Positions 40,323 to 49,361 of a stretch of DNA of 64,000 nucleotides are shown here, in pieces. Numbering within the stretch: the first letter of the stretch is position 1; every line of letters begins with the position of its first letter. Made by a program: the position numbers and the translations under genes. The stretch covers positions 1,472,001-1,536,000 of the forward strand of contig JBLWTJ010000001.1 in the NCBI GenBank assembly GCA_048270185.1, in the 5' to 3' direction. The notes under the pieces were generated by a model, which ran no database searches, was not told where the DNA came from, and worked only from the letters and a program-made list of their open reading frames with translations. This stretch comes from Bacteriovoracaceae bacterium. Its GTDB lineage: Bacteria; Bdellovibrionota; Bacteriovoracia; Bacteriovoracales; Bacteriovoracaceae.

Positions 40323-41006
40323 TTATTCACAGGCTTCGACAATCAACTCAAGCGACAAGACGCGTTGTTGTTTTTCCGTATCTTGTTTTTGATAAACACC
40401 TTGGAGTTGAATGATCTTGTACTCGTTGGCAACGAGCTGACTGAAGTTTGCTTGGTAACTATAGTTGCCTATCATTTCTGATTTATAATTGAGACGGCCA
40501 TCACTAAAGTGTTTAACAGATCCTTTGAGACACCTATTGTCACAATAATTACTGTCGACATTTCTAATATCACTAAAAAACTGTTGGTTTTGTTTTAAGA
40601 AGTCATCAAGAATTTTTTTTGATTTGTAACGCTTTGCTCTTATTAGCTCACCTGAAATTTTCTTATAAAGCGTTCCGGAAGTATTAGCATTTGCTACAAG
40701 TGGAAGAATTAAAGTTTCCTGTCCTTTAAAAGGAACATCAATAGCGAGACTAAATGTTTTACGATTTAAAATGGCATTATATGTAAAGCGCTCTTTTGTC
40801 TTTCCAAATTTTAGGCGGCCTCGTCCACTGAATTCAGTACAGAGTCCGCTACTTAATAATTTATGAGCTTTAATCTTATCAGTTGATGGGCCGTCGTTTT
40901 TAACTTGGACACTATCACAAGAAATTAACGTGAGGCAGGCAAGCGCACAGTATCCAGCTTTTCGATATAATTTAGAATTTCTTCTCGCTCGTTTACTTTC
41001 GTACAA
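40323..41006 (-). CDS. Putative lipoprotein, LolB-like (start uncertain)
   Basis: Lipobox-like LISC after a basic N-region; beta-strand-rich; lies downstream of and overlaps the TPR gene. Confidence 0.6.
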   Translation of the reverse strand: MYESKRARRNSKLYRKAGYCALACLTLISCDSVQVKNDGPSTDKIKAHKLLSSGLCTEFSGRGRLKFGKTKERFTYNAILNRKTFSLAIDVPFKGQETLILPLVANANTSGTLYKKISGELIRAKRYKSKKILDDFLKQNQQFFSDIRNVDSNYCDNRCLKGSVKHFSDGRLNYKSEMIGNYSYQANFSQLVANEYKIIQLQGVYQKQDTEKQQRVLSLELIVEACE

Positions 41007-42772
41007 TTTTTTAGTGCCTCAACGTAATAGTGACGTGCCTTCTTTGGCTTATTTAAAGAAGTATATATGAGCCCTAAGTGCTTTGCAATGACCACATCGT
41101 CACCAACTAGTGCGAATGCTTTTTTTATTTCTTTATACGCTTTCTGATACTCACCTGTTTTATAATAGTACCATCCCAGTGAGTCTCTGATATAGCCATC
41201 TTGAGGATTTAATTGAACAGCTCTTTTAATGTAAGCATAAGCTTTATCCATATTAATCCCTTGCTCTAGGTATGTGTAACCTAAGAAGTTAAGAGCATGA
41301 GAGTTATTTGGATCTTTCTTTAAAATATCTAACATTATCTTTTCAGCTTTCACAAAGGCCCTATCTTTTTCATAAAGAGAAGCAAGATAGTACGCATGTC
41401 CATCAGTATATTCGTCATGACCACTATTTGATTCCATGAGAGCAATAGCGCTTGTTAGATCTTTTTTAGTCTCATAGTAACCTGCAAGAATTACTTCTAA
41501 CTCAAACTTAAGTTCACGAGACTCACTTGAGCGCTCTTTAACAAACTTCACAAAATCTTTTTCACGAGATGAATCTTTTTGAGCATAAGTATTAAGTATA
41601 TTTGCAATTTGAATATTTGATTCATGATAAAGAGAGCTATCAGACTTAATACGAGTATAATAAGTCACCGCAAGATCTCCTTCATCAGTTTTCTGATAGA
41701 GGCTTGCTAGGTAGTATAAAACTTTATCTGAGTCTGGAATCTCAGTTAGGATCTCTTTGAAGACAGCCTTTGCATCTTCAATTTTATTTGTTTCAGTATA
41801 TATTACTCCGAGGCGAACTTTTAAATTTAAGTTTTCAGGATCGAGTGCTAGAAGTTTTTCAAGGTATGGAACGACATTTTCATATTCTCCATCAGCAAAT
41901 AGTAGGTTTACGTATTTCCCAAGTGCCGTATAATTGCTCGGATCATGTTTTAAGAACTTATGATAGAGCATTTTTGCTGATTCAAATTGACCTTCCTGCT
42001 CATAGATCATTCCAAGAAGAATTGTACTCTGTTGATTTTGAGGATTAATCTTTAGAGACTGGCCAAAGTACTTCTTTGCCATTTTATAATCTGATTTCTC
42101 AAAGTAAATTTTACCTTTATGAAATGCATATTCACTACGCCCTTTCTTATCTTTTTGAGAGCAGTAGCTTAATGTACCTATCGCCTTTTTAATTCTCTTT
42201 TGATCGACATAGGCTTTACTTAAGTAAACACATGCTTCACTCATAAGTGTCTTCGACTTGTAAACTAGATCACGATATAACTTAATTGAAGATTTACTAT
42301 TCCCAAGAGCACCATAAACTCCCGCAAGAAGTAATTTTGCCTTCGACTTAATATCATTATCAGCATGTTTTACTAGATAAAGTAATTCCTTCTTTCCCTC
42401 TTCTAATTGAGAAGACTTGATAAGCTCAACTGCGTATTTCTTTCTAAGATAAATATCATTTGGCTTTAACTTTACGACAAACTTTAAAATTAATGCGGCA
42501 GAAACCGGATCACCACTTAGTGAAGCATCTGCTGCTTTTAAGAAAAGATCTCCCGCAACGTAGTCAACTGACTCAGGGCCTTTCGCTTTTGCTTCTTTAA
42601 CTACTTGCTCAAGTGATTTATCGACGAAATCACGTGCCATCTTTGCGCGTTCAACATCTGAAATTTCTACTTTTGCAATTTCATCACTTGGGCCATTGCT
42701 AGTTGTGGCACAGCCCCACGTTGAAACGAGTAATAGAAGTGGTAGTGAATTTTTTAAGAAAAATCTGAACAT
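40925..42772 (-). CDS. Tetratricopeptide-repeat lipoprotein (PA4667/LbcA-like)
   Basis: Lipobox TWGC; multiple TPRs; ALNFLGY and YIRDSLGW motifs. Confidence 0.88.
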   Translation of the reverse strand: MFRFFLKNSLPLLLLVSTWGCATTSNGPSDEIAKVEISDVERAKMARDFVDKSLEQVVKEAKAKGPESVDYVAGDLFLKAADASLSGDPVSAALILKFVVKLKPNDIYLRKKYAVELIKSSQLEEGKKELLYLVKHADNDIKSKAKLLLAGVYGALGNSKSSIKLYRDLVYKSKTLMSEACVYLSKAYVDQKRIKKAIGTLSYCSQKDKKGRSEYAFHKGKIYFEKSDYKMAKKYFGQSLKINPQNQQSTILLGMIYEQEGQFESAKMLYHKFLKHDPSNYTALGKYVNLLFADGEYENVVPYLEKLLALDPENLNLKVRLGVIYTETNKIEDAKAVFKEILTEIPDSDKVLYYLASLYQKTDEGDLAVTYYTRIKSDSSLYHESNIQIANILNTYAQKDSSREKDFVKFVKERSSESRELKFELEVILAGYYETKKDLTSAIALMESNSGHDEYTDGHAYYLASLYEKDRAFVKAEKIMLDILKKDPNNSHALNFLGYTYLEQGINMDKAYAYIKRAVQLNPQDGYIRDSLGWYYYKTGEYQKAYKEIKKAFALVGDDVVIAKHLGLIYTSLNKPKKARHYYVEALKNCTKVNEREEILNYIEKLDTVRLPASR

Positions 42773-43249
42773 TTATCATTCCTTGGCCTTTTTGCCTCAT
42801 GGGCTCATCGTCCTAAATAGATATTTCTTAAAGAAAAACAGTGATAAATGTGGAAACGGCAAAAGAGGCTTTCGGCCCAAATGAGAGGAGATTTCTCGCC
42901 CAGCGTAAATTATTGAAATTATGGTAATTAAATGGATTCTCTTTGAATTTAGAGAAAATTAAGATCTCAATTGCTTGACAGTTACTGTCATTGATTGTTA
43001 CTTCTCTGATGCAAATTTCAAAACGCTGAGCAATATACGCAGCGGGAATCAATAATATCCATTTTCAAGATTCTTAAAAATGGAGAAAATGAACCTGTAA
43101 GTATCTAATTTCACTAAGAGCACAAGAAAGGTGAAATTAATACAAAAAGCTTAACTATTACGAAGCGTCGTGTTAATTATTAATTGTTTTAACTCAAGAG
43201 AATTCATAAATCACTTGAGATATATTCGTAAACCAATAGGGGTAGTAGA

Positions 43250-43639
43250 ATGAATGATGTAAGAATTATTAAAAGGTACCAAAACAGAAAACTTTATGAC
43301 ACTCACCAAAGTTGCTATGTAACACTTGAAGAGATCGCTCAAATCATCAGAGAAGGTCACGAGATTCAAGTAATTGATAATAAAACAAAAAATGACATCA
43401 CTTACATGACTCAAATCCAACTTCTTTTTGATCAAGAGAAGAAATCAACTAAGCCAGGTGACGTTGAACTTCTTAAGAGAGTAATCAGAGGTGAAGAAGG
43501 TACTTTCACTGGTTATATTAGAGGACTTGAAGGAATTGAAGCTCCAGTTGTTGAAGAAGCTCCAGCTCAAACTTTCAACACATTCAACAGTGCAGCAAAC
43601 CTAAACTCTTCTGTTGAAACTACGACTACTTTAAACTAA
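43250..43639 (+). CDS. PhaR-type (PHB_acc_N) DNA-binding domain protein
   Basis: IIKRYQNRKLYDT..SCYVTLEEI...VIDNKTKNDIT signature. Confidence 0.9.
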   Translation: MNDVRIIKRYQNRKLYDTHQSCYVTLEEIAQIIREGHEIQVIDNKTKNDITYMTQIQLLFDQEKKSTKPGDVELLKRVIRGEEGTFTGYIRGLEGIEAPVVEEAPAQTFNTFNSAANLNSSVETTTTLN

Positions 43640-43684
43640 TATAAGGCAGTTATTACTGCATATATATTTAGTTTAGAGGGTGAA

Positions 43685-44329
43685 ATGATTTCAAAAATTT
43701 CAAAATCTATATTAAGGCCTGCAGTTGTTCTAGCAGGCCTTTTTATTTTTAGTGCTCAGGCACAAACTGTTAAGCAATTAACTTCTTCAAAATCCGCTGA
43801 GAAAAACTCCGGAGCAGCAGCTGCGGCCCAACTCTTAAGTGGTCAAGAGCTTCACATTCACTCTGTTGGTATTGGAATTGGTCAAACACTTCTTTACAGT
43901 GATTTTGGAGATAATGGTGAAGATAAAATCACTCTTGATTTATTCTACAATTACAAAGCTTCATATTCTTTTGACTTCTACGCTAACCTTCAATACTCCG
44001 ATCATGAATTTAAAAACTCATCGACAACAATTGCTGGACTTTTATTTGGAGCAAAAGGAAAGTTATTTCACTATGATGCTTTTCAACCATACTTTGCTGT
44101 TGGACTCGGTTTCTTTAGACCTGTAATTGAAACGATCGATTACAAATCTGATGGCAAGACTGTTTTTGGTTATCAAGTAGGCGCAGGTGCTGACTTTGAT
44201 CTTAATCGTCAAATTGCGGTTGGAGCGATGGCATCATTTAACAACCCTTTTGATGTTGAACAAGAAAACCACCCAGATGTAGAAGGTTATTACTTCAAGG
44301 TCCTTCTAACTCTATTCTATAAGTTCTAA
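43685..44329 (+). CDS. Small outer-membrane beta-barrel protein
   Basis: Signal peptide ending AQA; alternating beta-strands (PYFAVGLG, GYQVGAGADF); terminal YKF. Confidence 0.82.
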   Translation: MISKISKSILRPAVVLAGLFIFSAQAQTVKQLTSSKSAEKNSGAAAAAQLLSGQELHIHSVGIGIGQTLLYSDFGDNGEDKITLDLFYNYKASYSFDFYANLQYSDHEFKNSSTTIAGLLFGAKGKLFHYDAFQPYFAVGLGFFRPVIETIDYKSDGKTVFGYQVGAGADFDLNRQIAVGAMASFNNPFDVEQENHPDVEGYYFKVLLTLFYKF

Positions 44330-45141
44330 TGAATTTTAAAGACTTATATATTGTCACGGGAAAAGGAGGCGTCGGTAAGAGCCTCTTATCCCTGGCCTTA
44401 ACTAAGTCGATTGCTGAACTAAATCATCATAAGGAAGTTTACTACTTCTCCTTTGAACAAAATTACGACAAATCTTTGACAAAGAAACTTGGTATTAAGA
44501 CGGTTGATCTTACTCACCTAAGTTCTGTTCAAGAATATATTGCTCGAAAACTTAATTCAAAAACGATTGCGAAGTGGATTGTTTCAACTTCATTCTTTAA
44601 GGCCCTCTTTGATATGGTGCCTAGCTTTGGGCAATTAATTTTTCTAGGCCATATTATTGATCTAGCAAAAGAGAGCGATAAGATTGTTATTGTTGATGCA
44701 CCAGCCTCAGGGCACCTCTTGTCGACAATCCACTCCCCTAAGACATTTAAAGACATATTTAAGATTGGCCCGATTGCAAATGATATCGATAAAATGCACA
44801 ACTTTCTCACCAATAAAGAACATACTCAATGTGTTGTTGTCAGTATCCCTACTGAGCTTGCTATGGAAGAAGGTATTGAATTAAAAGATGAACTTTCGAC
44901 AAAGTATAACCTTGCAACTTTATCAATTCTCAATTGTGATCTAACTTTAAATGAGTTCCCAAGCGATGACACGCCTGAGTTCTTACAAAGAAAGATTGAA
45001 AACCAGAAGAAGTTACAAGAGAAGTTTAACATGCAAGCGGACTTGAGTTTTCCGCAAATTATGTCTCATGAACAAGTGGAACAAGTTAAACAAATGAGTG
45101 AGAAACTCATCATTGAGATTGATAAGTTTAAAACGATATAG
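44329..45141 (+). CDS. ArsA/Get3-family ATPase, subunit 1
   Basis: TGKGGVGKS deviant Walker A; VDAPASGH switch II. Confidence 0.85.
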   Translation: MNFKDLYIVTGKGGVGKSLLSLALTKSIAELNHHKEVYYFSFEQNYDKSLTKKLGIKTVDLTHLSSVQEYIARKLNSKTIAKWIVSTSFFKALFDMVPSFGQLIFLGHIIDLAKESDKIVIVDAPASGHLLSTIHSPKTFKDIFKIGPIANDIDKMHNFLTNKEHTQCVVVSIPTELAMEEGIELKDELSTKYNLATLSILNCDLTLNEFPSDDTPEFLQRKIENQKKLQEKFNMQADLSFPQIMSHEQVEQVKQMSEKLIIEIDKFKTI

Positions 45142-45149
45142 GCATAGAC

Positions 45150-46133
45150 GTGAAAGACTATAAAGAAATTGAAATTTTTTGTGGAACAGGAGGTGTTGGT
45201 AAGACAACGATATCAACTTCCCGTGCATTCTTTCTAGCCTCACAAAAGAAGAGAGTTCTTCTTATTACAATCGATCCGGCCAAACGTCTAAAGCAACTTC
45301 TCAATATCAAAGAGACTTCAGAAATCGTTGAATTTAAATATAAAGATACTTCCTTTGATGTTCTTCTCTTAGATTGTAAAAGTTCATTTGAGAAAATTCT
45401 TGAAACAAAAGTTGATAATAAAATAATTGAAAACCTTACAAGTGATCGCGGTGGATTGAATGAAATCCTAGCAATTCTTGAAATTAATTCTCAACTTGCA
45501 AAGAAACAATATGATTCCATTGTTGTGGACACCGCACCTGGAAAGAATTTTATCGATTTCTTAAATTCTTCAAGTAAAATTAATCGCTTCTTCAACAAGA
45601 CTTTTGCTGAAGCATTCTCATATATAACAAATAAGAATAAGCCAGGGCGTTTCTTCAATCGCATAATTTCCACAGGGATTGAAAAGTTCTTAGAATATCT
45701 TGAAAGTGTGACAGGAGAAGGCTTTATCAATAATTTTCTAGAGGCGATCTCTGTTCTCTATGGAAATCGTGACAAGTTCATAGAGGGAATCAAGGTAGAA
45801 GCAGTCCTAAATGACCCAAGGCGTTCACGTTGGTACCTCGTCACTTCGGCCGAGCATATGAAGGAAGTTGAAACAAAGCAGATTTTTGACTCAATTGAGG
45901 CCCAAATGAGCACGGAACGGTTCCTCATTATCAATAAGTCATGGTATAACAACGTCGCACAGTGGCAGCCTAAGACTGCACAAATGAAAGAATTTAAAGA
46001 AACTATTATTAAACAAGAAAGTATTAAAACTTCTATTTCCCAAAAATCAGATATCAAAACAATTACGTTTCCCGATCTGATAACAATTGATCCTATCGAT
46101 CAACTTGTCGAATTAGAAGAATATTGGAAGTAA
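45150..46133 (+). CDS. ArsA/Get3-family ATPase, subunit 2
   Basis: CGTGGVGKTT, TIDPAKRL, VDTAP, IINK. Confidence 0.85.
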   Translation: MKDYKEIEIFCGTGGVGKTTISTSRAFFLASQKKRVLLITIDPAKRLKQLLNIKETSEIVEFKYKDTSFDVLLLDCKSSFEKILETKVDNKIIENLTSDRGGLNEILAILEINSQLAKKQYDSIVVDTAPGKNFIDFLNSSSKINRFFNKTFAEAFSYITNKNKPGRFFNRIISTGIEKFLEYLESVTGEGFINNFLEAISVLYGNRDKFIEGIKVEAVLNDPRRSRWYLVTSAEHMKEVETKQIFDSIEAQMSTERFLIINKSWYNNVAQWQPKTAQMKEFKETIIKQESIKTSISQKSDIKTITFPDLITIDPIDQLVELEEYWK

Positions 46134-46147
46134 ACCGGAGAATTATT

Positions 46148-47530
46148 ATGATGAAAGGTGCAAAAGCAAACGTCGTTGAAGCAATTGGGAATACACCAAT
46201 TGTAAAATTAAATAGCATCGGAAAAGACACTAACTGCGAATTCTATGTGAAGCTTGAATATATGAATCCAGGAGGATCAACTAAAGACCGTATCGGCGCT
46301 TACATGCTTGATCGTGCTGTTGAAGAAGGAGTTCTTAAACCAGGTGGAACTATTATCGAAGGAACATCAGGAAACACAGGAGTTGGTCTTGCGATGTGGG
46401 CCGCTGTTCATGGATACAAATGTATTTTCGTCCTTGCAGACAAACAATCAAAAGAAAAAATCGATAACCTAAGAGCATTTGGAGCGAAAGTTGTCGTTTG
46501 TCCTACAAATGTTGAGCCTGAAGATCCACGTTCTTACTACTCAGTTTCGAAAAAACTTGCAGAAACTATCCCAAATTCATTCTACGTAAATCAATACGAT
46601 AACTTACATAATAGAAACACTCACTATACTTGGACTGCTCCAGAAATGTATGAGCAAACTCAAGGTGACTTTGATGTCTTCATGGCAGCTGTTGGAACAG
46701 GTGGAACAATCTCTGGTTGTGGACGCTACTTTAAAGAGAAAATGGATAAGGTTGAAATTGTAGGTGTTGACTGTGTTGGTTCAATCATCGCTGGCTATCA
46801 TAAAACAGGAGAGATGGGACAAGCTCACTCTTACGTTCTAGAAGGTGTTGGAGAAGATTTTATTCCAGAAAACTATGACTTTGATTTAATTGATGACTTT
46901 GAAGTTGTTAATGATAAAGAATCTTTTCTTATGACAAGAAAACTTCTTAAAGAAGAAGGTATTTATGCAGGTGGTTCAGCAGGAGCTGTTATTGAGGGTG
47001 CTCTTAAATATGCAGCAAAGCAAACTGAGCCAAAGAAAATTCTAATTCTTCTTCACGATTCAGGTAACCGTTATGCTTCTAAAATCTACAATGATGATTG
47101 GATGAGTGATGGTGGATATCTTGATTCATCATTTAATGTTCAAATCTCTGAAGTCTTAAATACACTTGGAAAAGATGGAAATATTATTTCAGTAGAAGAT
47201 ACAACGACAATTGGTCAAGCTATTACACTGATGGAAGAAAAGAATGTATCTCAACTTCCAGTTGTTAATAAAGCGGGAGAAATCCTAGGTCTTTGTACAG
47301 AAAGAAATCTAATTAAGCCTGTTATCATGGGTGAGTTCCAGAAAGATGATAATATCTCTCTTGCCATCTCTAACAACTACCGTGTTGTCGATTGTAACGA
47401 ACTTCTTGAAACAGTTGCTGATGCACTTCTTAAGAAAGAAGTTGCTATCATTACGAAGAATGGAAAAGTTTCAGATCTTCTTTCTGAAATTGATGTTCTT
47501 CAATATATGTCTGAGAAAGGCTCGTACTAA
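46148..47530 (+). CDS. Cystathionine beta-synthase with C-terminal CBS domains
   Basis: IGNTP, KLEYMNPGGSTKDR, TSGNTG, GTGGT, RYASKIYNDDW; C-terminal Bateman module; GGAG SD before ATG 46148. Confidence 0.9.
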   Translation: MMKGAKANVVEAIGNTPIVKLNSIGKDTNCEFYVKLEYMNPGGSTKDRIGAYMLDRAVEEGVLKPGGTIIEGTSGNTGVGLAMWAAVHGYKCIFVLADKQSKEKIDNLRAFGAKVVVCPTNVEPEDPRSYYSVSKKLAETIPNSFYVNQYDNLHNRNTHYTWTAPEMYEQTQGDFDVFMAAVGTGGTISGCGRYFKEKMDKVEIVGVDCVGSIIAGYHKTGEMGQAHSYVLEGVGEDFIPENYDFDLIDDFEVVNDKESFLMTRKLLKEEGIYAGGSAGAVIEGALKYAAKQTEPKKILILLHDSGNRYASKIYNDDWMSDGGYLDSSFNVQISEVLNTLGKDGNIISVEDTTTIGQAITLMEEKNVSQLPVVNKAGEILGLCTERNLIKPVIMGEFQKDDNISLAISNNYRVVDCNELLETVADALLKKEVAIITKNGKVSDLLSEIDVLQYMSEKGSY

Positions 47531-48696
47531 TGAAGAAGGCCAAGCTGAAACAAGCGGCCAAAGCCTCGGTGTGTATACACGCCGGGGCATATCCTGACAA
47601 AGAAACAGGGGCAGTAATCCCGCCAATTTACCAAACGACTACTTATGCTCAAACAAGCCCTGGTATCCATCAAGGCTATGAATATTCTCGTTGTCACAAC
47701 CCTACTCGCACAAGACTTGAAGAATCACTGTCCGCTCTTGAAAATGCAAAGTACGCTCTTGTTACATCAAGTGGTGTTTCTGTAGAAGTGCTAATTATGC
47801 ACGCACTTCCAGCAGGTTCAACAATTCTTTGCGGCGATGATGTCTATGGTGGAACATACCGTCTCTTTACAACTGTCTTTAACTCAATTCATAATTTTAT
47901 CTTTGTTGATACAACAGATGAGAAAAAAGTTGAGGCAGCATTAAAAGAACATAGGCCAAGACTTGTATGGGTTGAAACACCAACGAACCCTCTACTTAAA
48001 ATTTCTGATATTAAGAAGGTTTCAAGTCTAGCAAAGAAGTATAAGGCCATGACAGTCGTTGATAATACTTTTATGAGTCCTTACTTTCAAAACCCACTTG
48101 ATCTTGGTGCTGACATTGTCATGCACTCCATGACCAAATATATCAATGGCCACTCAGATGTTGTCGGTGGTGCTTGTATGCTAAATAATAAAAAACTTTA
48201 TGAGAAATTATGGACACTCCAAAAGTCTCTAGGGCCAACTCAATCACCTTTTGATTCATGGTTGGTACTCAGAGGAATAAAGACTCTTGCTATTCGAATG
48301 GAAGCTCATGCAAAGAATGCCATGAAGATTGCCAAGTATCTTGAGGGTCATCCTAAGGTCGAAAAGGTCATGTACCCAGGACTTAAGTCTCATCCTCAGC
48401 ACAAGATTGCCAAAAAACAAATGACAGGATTTGGTGGCATGATAACTTTCTTTTTAAAAGGTGATATCAAGAAATCAAAGAAGTTTTTACAAAGTGTTGA
48501 AATGTTCTCATTGGCAGAAAGCCTTGGAGGGGTTGAGAGTTTGATTGAACATCCGGCCATTATGACTCATGCTTCTGTTCCAAAGAATGTTCGTGAAAGT
48601 ATTGGACTTACTGATAATCTTATTCGACTTTCAGTTGGTATTGAAGATGGCGATGACCTAATCGCCGATCTAGAAGCGGCTTTTAGGGCAGTTTAA
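47530..48696 (+). CDS. Cystathionine gamma-lyase/synthase (Cys/Met metabolism PLP enzyme)
   Basis: PPIYQTTTY, YSR..NPT, ETPTNP, DNTF, HSMTKYINGHSD, AESLGGVESL. Confidence 0.92.
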   Translation: MKKAKLKQAAKASVCIHAGAYPDKETGAVIPPIYQTTTYAQTSPGIHQGYEYSRCHNPTRTRLEESLSALENAKYALVTSSGVSVEVLIMHALPAGSTILCGDDVYGGTYRLFTTVFNSIHNFIFVDTTDEKKVEAALKEHRPRLVWVETPTNPLLKISDIKKVSSLAKKYKAMTVVDNTFMSPYFQNPLDLGADIVMHSMTKYINGHSDVVGGACMLNNKKLYEKLWTLQKSLGPTQSPFDSWLVLRGIKTLAIRMEAHAKNAMKIAKYLEGHPKVEKVMYPGLKSHPQHKIAKKQMTGFGGMITFFLKGDIKKSKKFLQSVEMFSLAESLGGVESLIEHPAIMTHASVPKNVRESIGLTDNLIRLSVGIEDGDDLIADLEAAFRAV

Positions 48697-49361
48697 AACT
48701 GCCCTGGCCCTGCATTTTCGTCGATTTTTAATTCATTTGAATTAGTTTCAACTGAAGTTGATTCCTTTTCTTCAGTTTTTTCTTCATTAGATTTAGTCGC
48801 TTTAATTGCTTTAAATTCAGCTCTTTTCTTCTTTAGGTCTTCAGGGATTCGTGCAATTGGTTTTCTAATCATAATGTAATCATAGTCACCGTTGCGATTA
48901 AAGACATTATTATCGTTCAGATATGATTCAATGAGAGTACTAGCACAGAAAATTTTCCCATGATCGACATCGAGATTATTTTTTGCACCTTGAGCAAAGA
49001 TCAGACCATCATCTTCAATTATTTTTCTAATTGTTTTATATTCATTACAGAAATCATTTGAAGTAGCATGACATTCTCCTTCTTTACGATAAACATCCAT
49101 CGAAGTTGAAGTATCTTTTACGTGAATTGGATCACGACAGATATCAATGATCCAAGATTTATTTAAATACTTATACTCATTGTGGCGAACTTCGATTTCA
49201 CATTCATTCTTTGAAATTGATATTGTCTTAGTCAGTAGGCCAAACGGTGCTGCTTTATGAGTCACAGAAACATCAAAAGAAGCCTTAAAACAATCCGTAC
49301 CAGTAAAAGCAAAAGTACTTGTTAAAGATAGGAGTAAAATATTAAATTTTAGAAATTGCAT
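48693..49361 (-). CDS. Exported hypothetical protein
   Basis: Signal peptide ending TFA; six Cys; overlaps the upstream stop. Confidence 0.75.
   Translation of the reverse strand: MQFLKFNILLLSLTSTFAFTGTDCFKASFDVSVTHKAAPFGLLTKTISISKNECEIEVRHNEYKYLNKSWIIDICRDPIHVKDTSTSMDVYRKEGECHATSNDFCNEYKTIRKIIEDDGLIFAQGAKNNLDVDHGKIFCASTLIESYLNDNNVFNRNGDYDYIMIRKPIARIPEDLKKKRAEFKAIKATKSNEEKTEEKESTSVETNSNELKIDENAGPGQF

Noticed and set aside
42840..42900. Possible c-di-GMP (GEMM) riboswitch near GGCAAAAG
   Set aside because: The required P2/P3 elements and the second GCAAA-type motif are not recognisable
42696..43435. Short ORFs of 62-74 aa in or overlapping the TPR/PhaR intergenic region
   Set aside because: No convincing SD or protein features, and two of them overlap real genes on the opposite strand
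44329..46133. Arsenic resistance operon
   Set aside because: No arsR/B/C/D neighbours, and no obvious metalloid-binding Cys cluster
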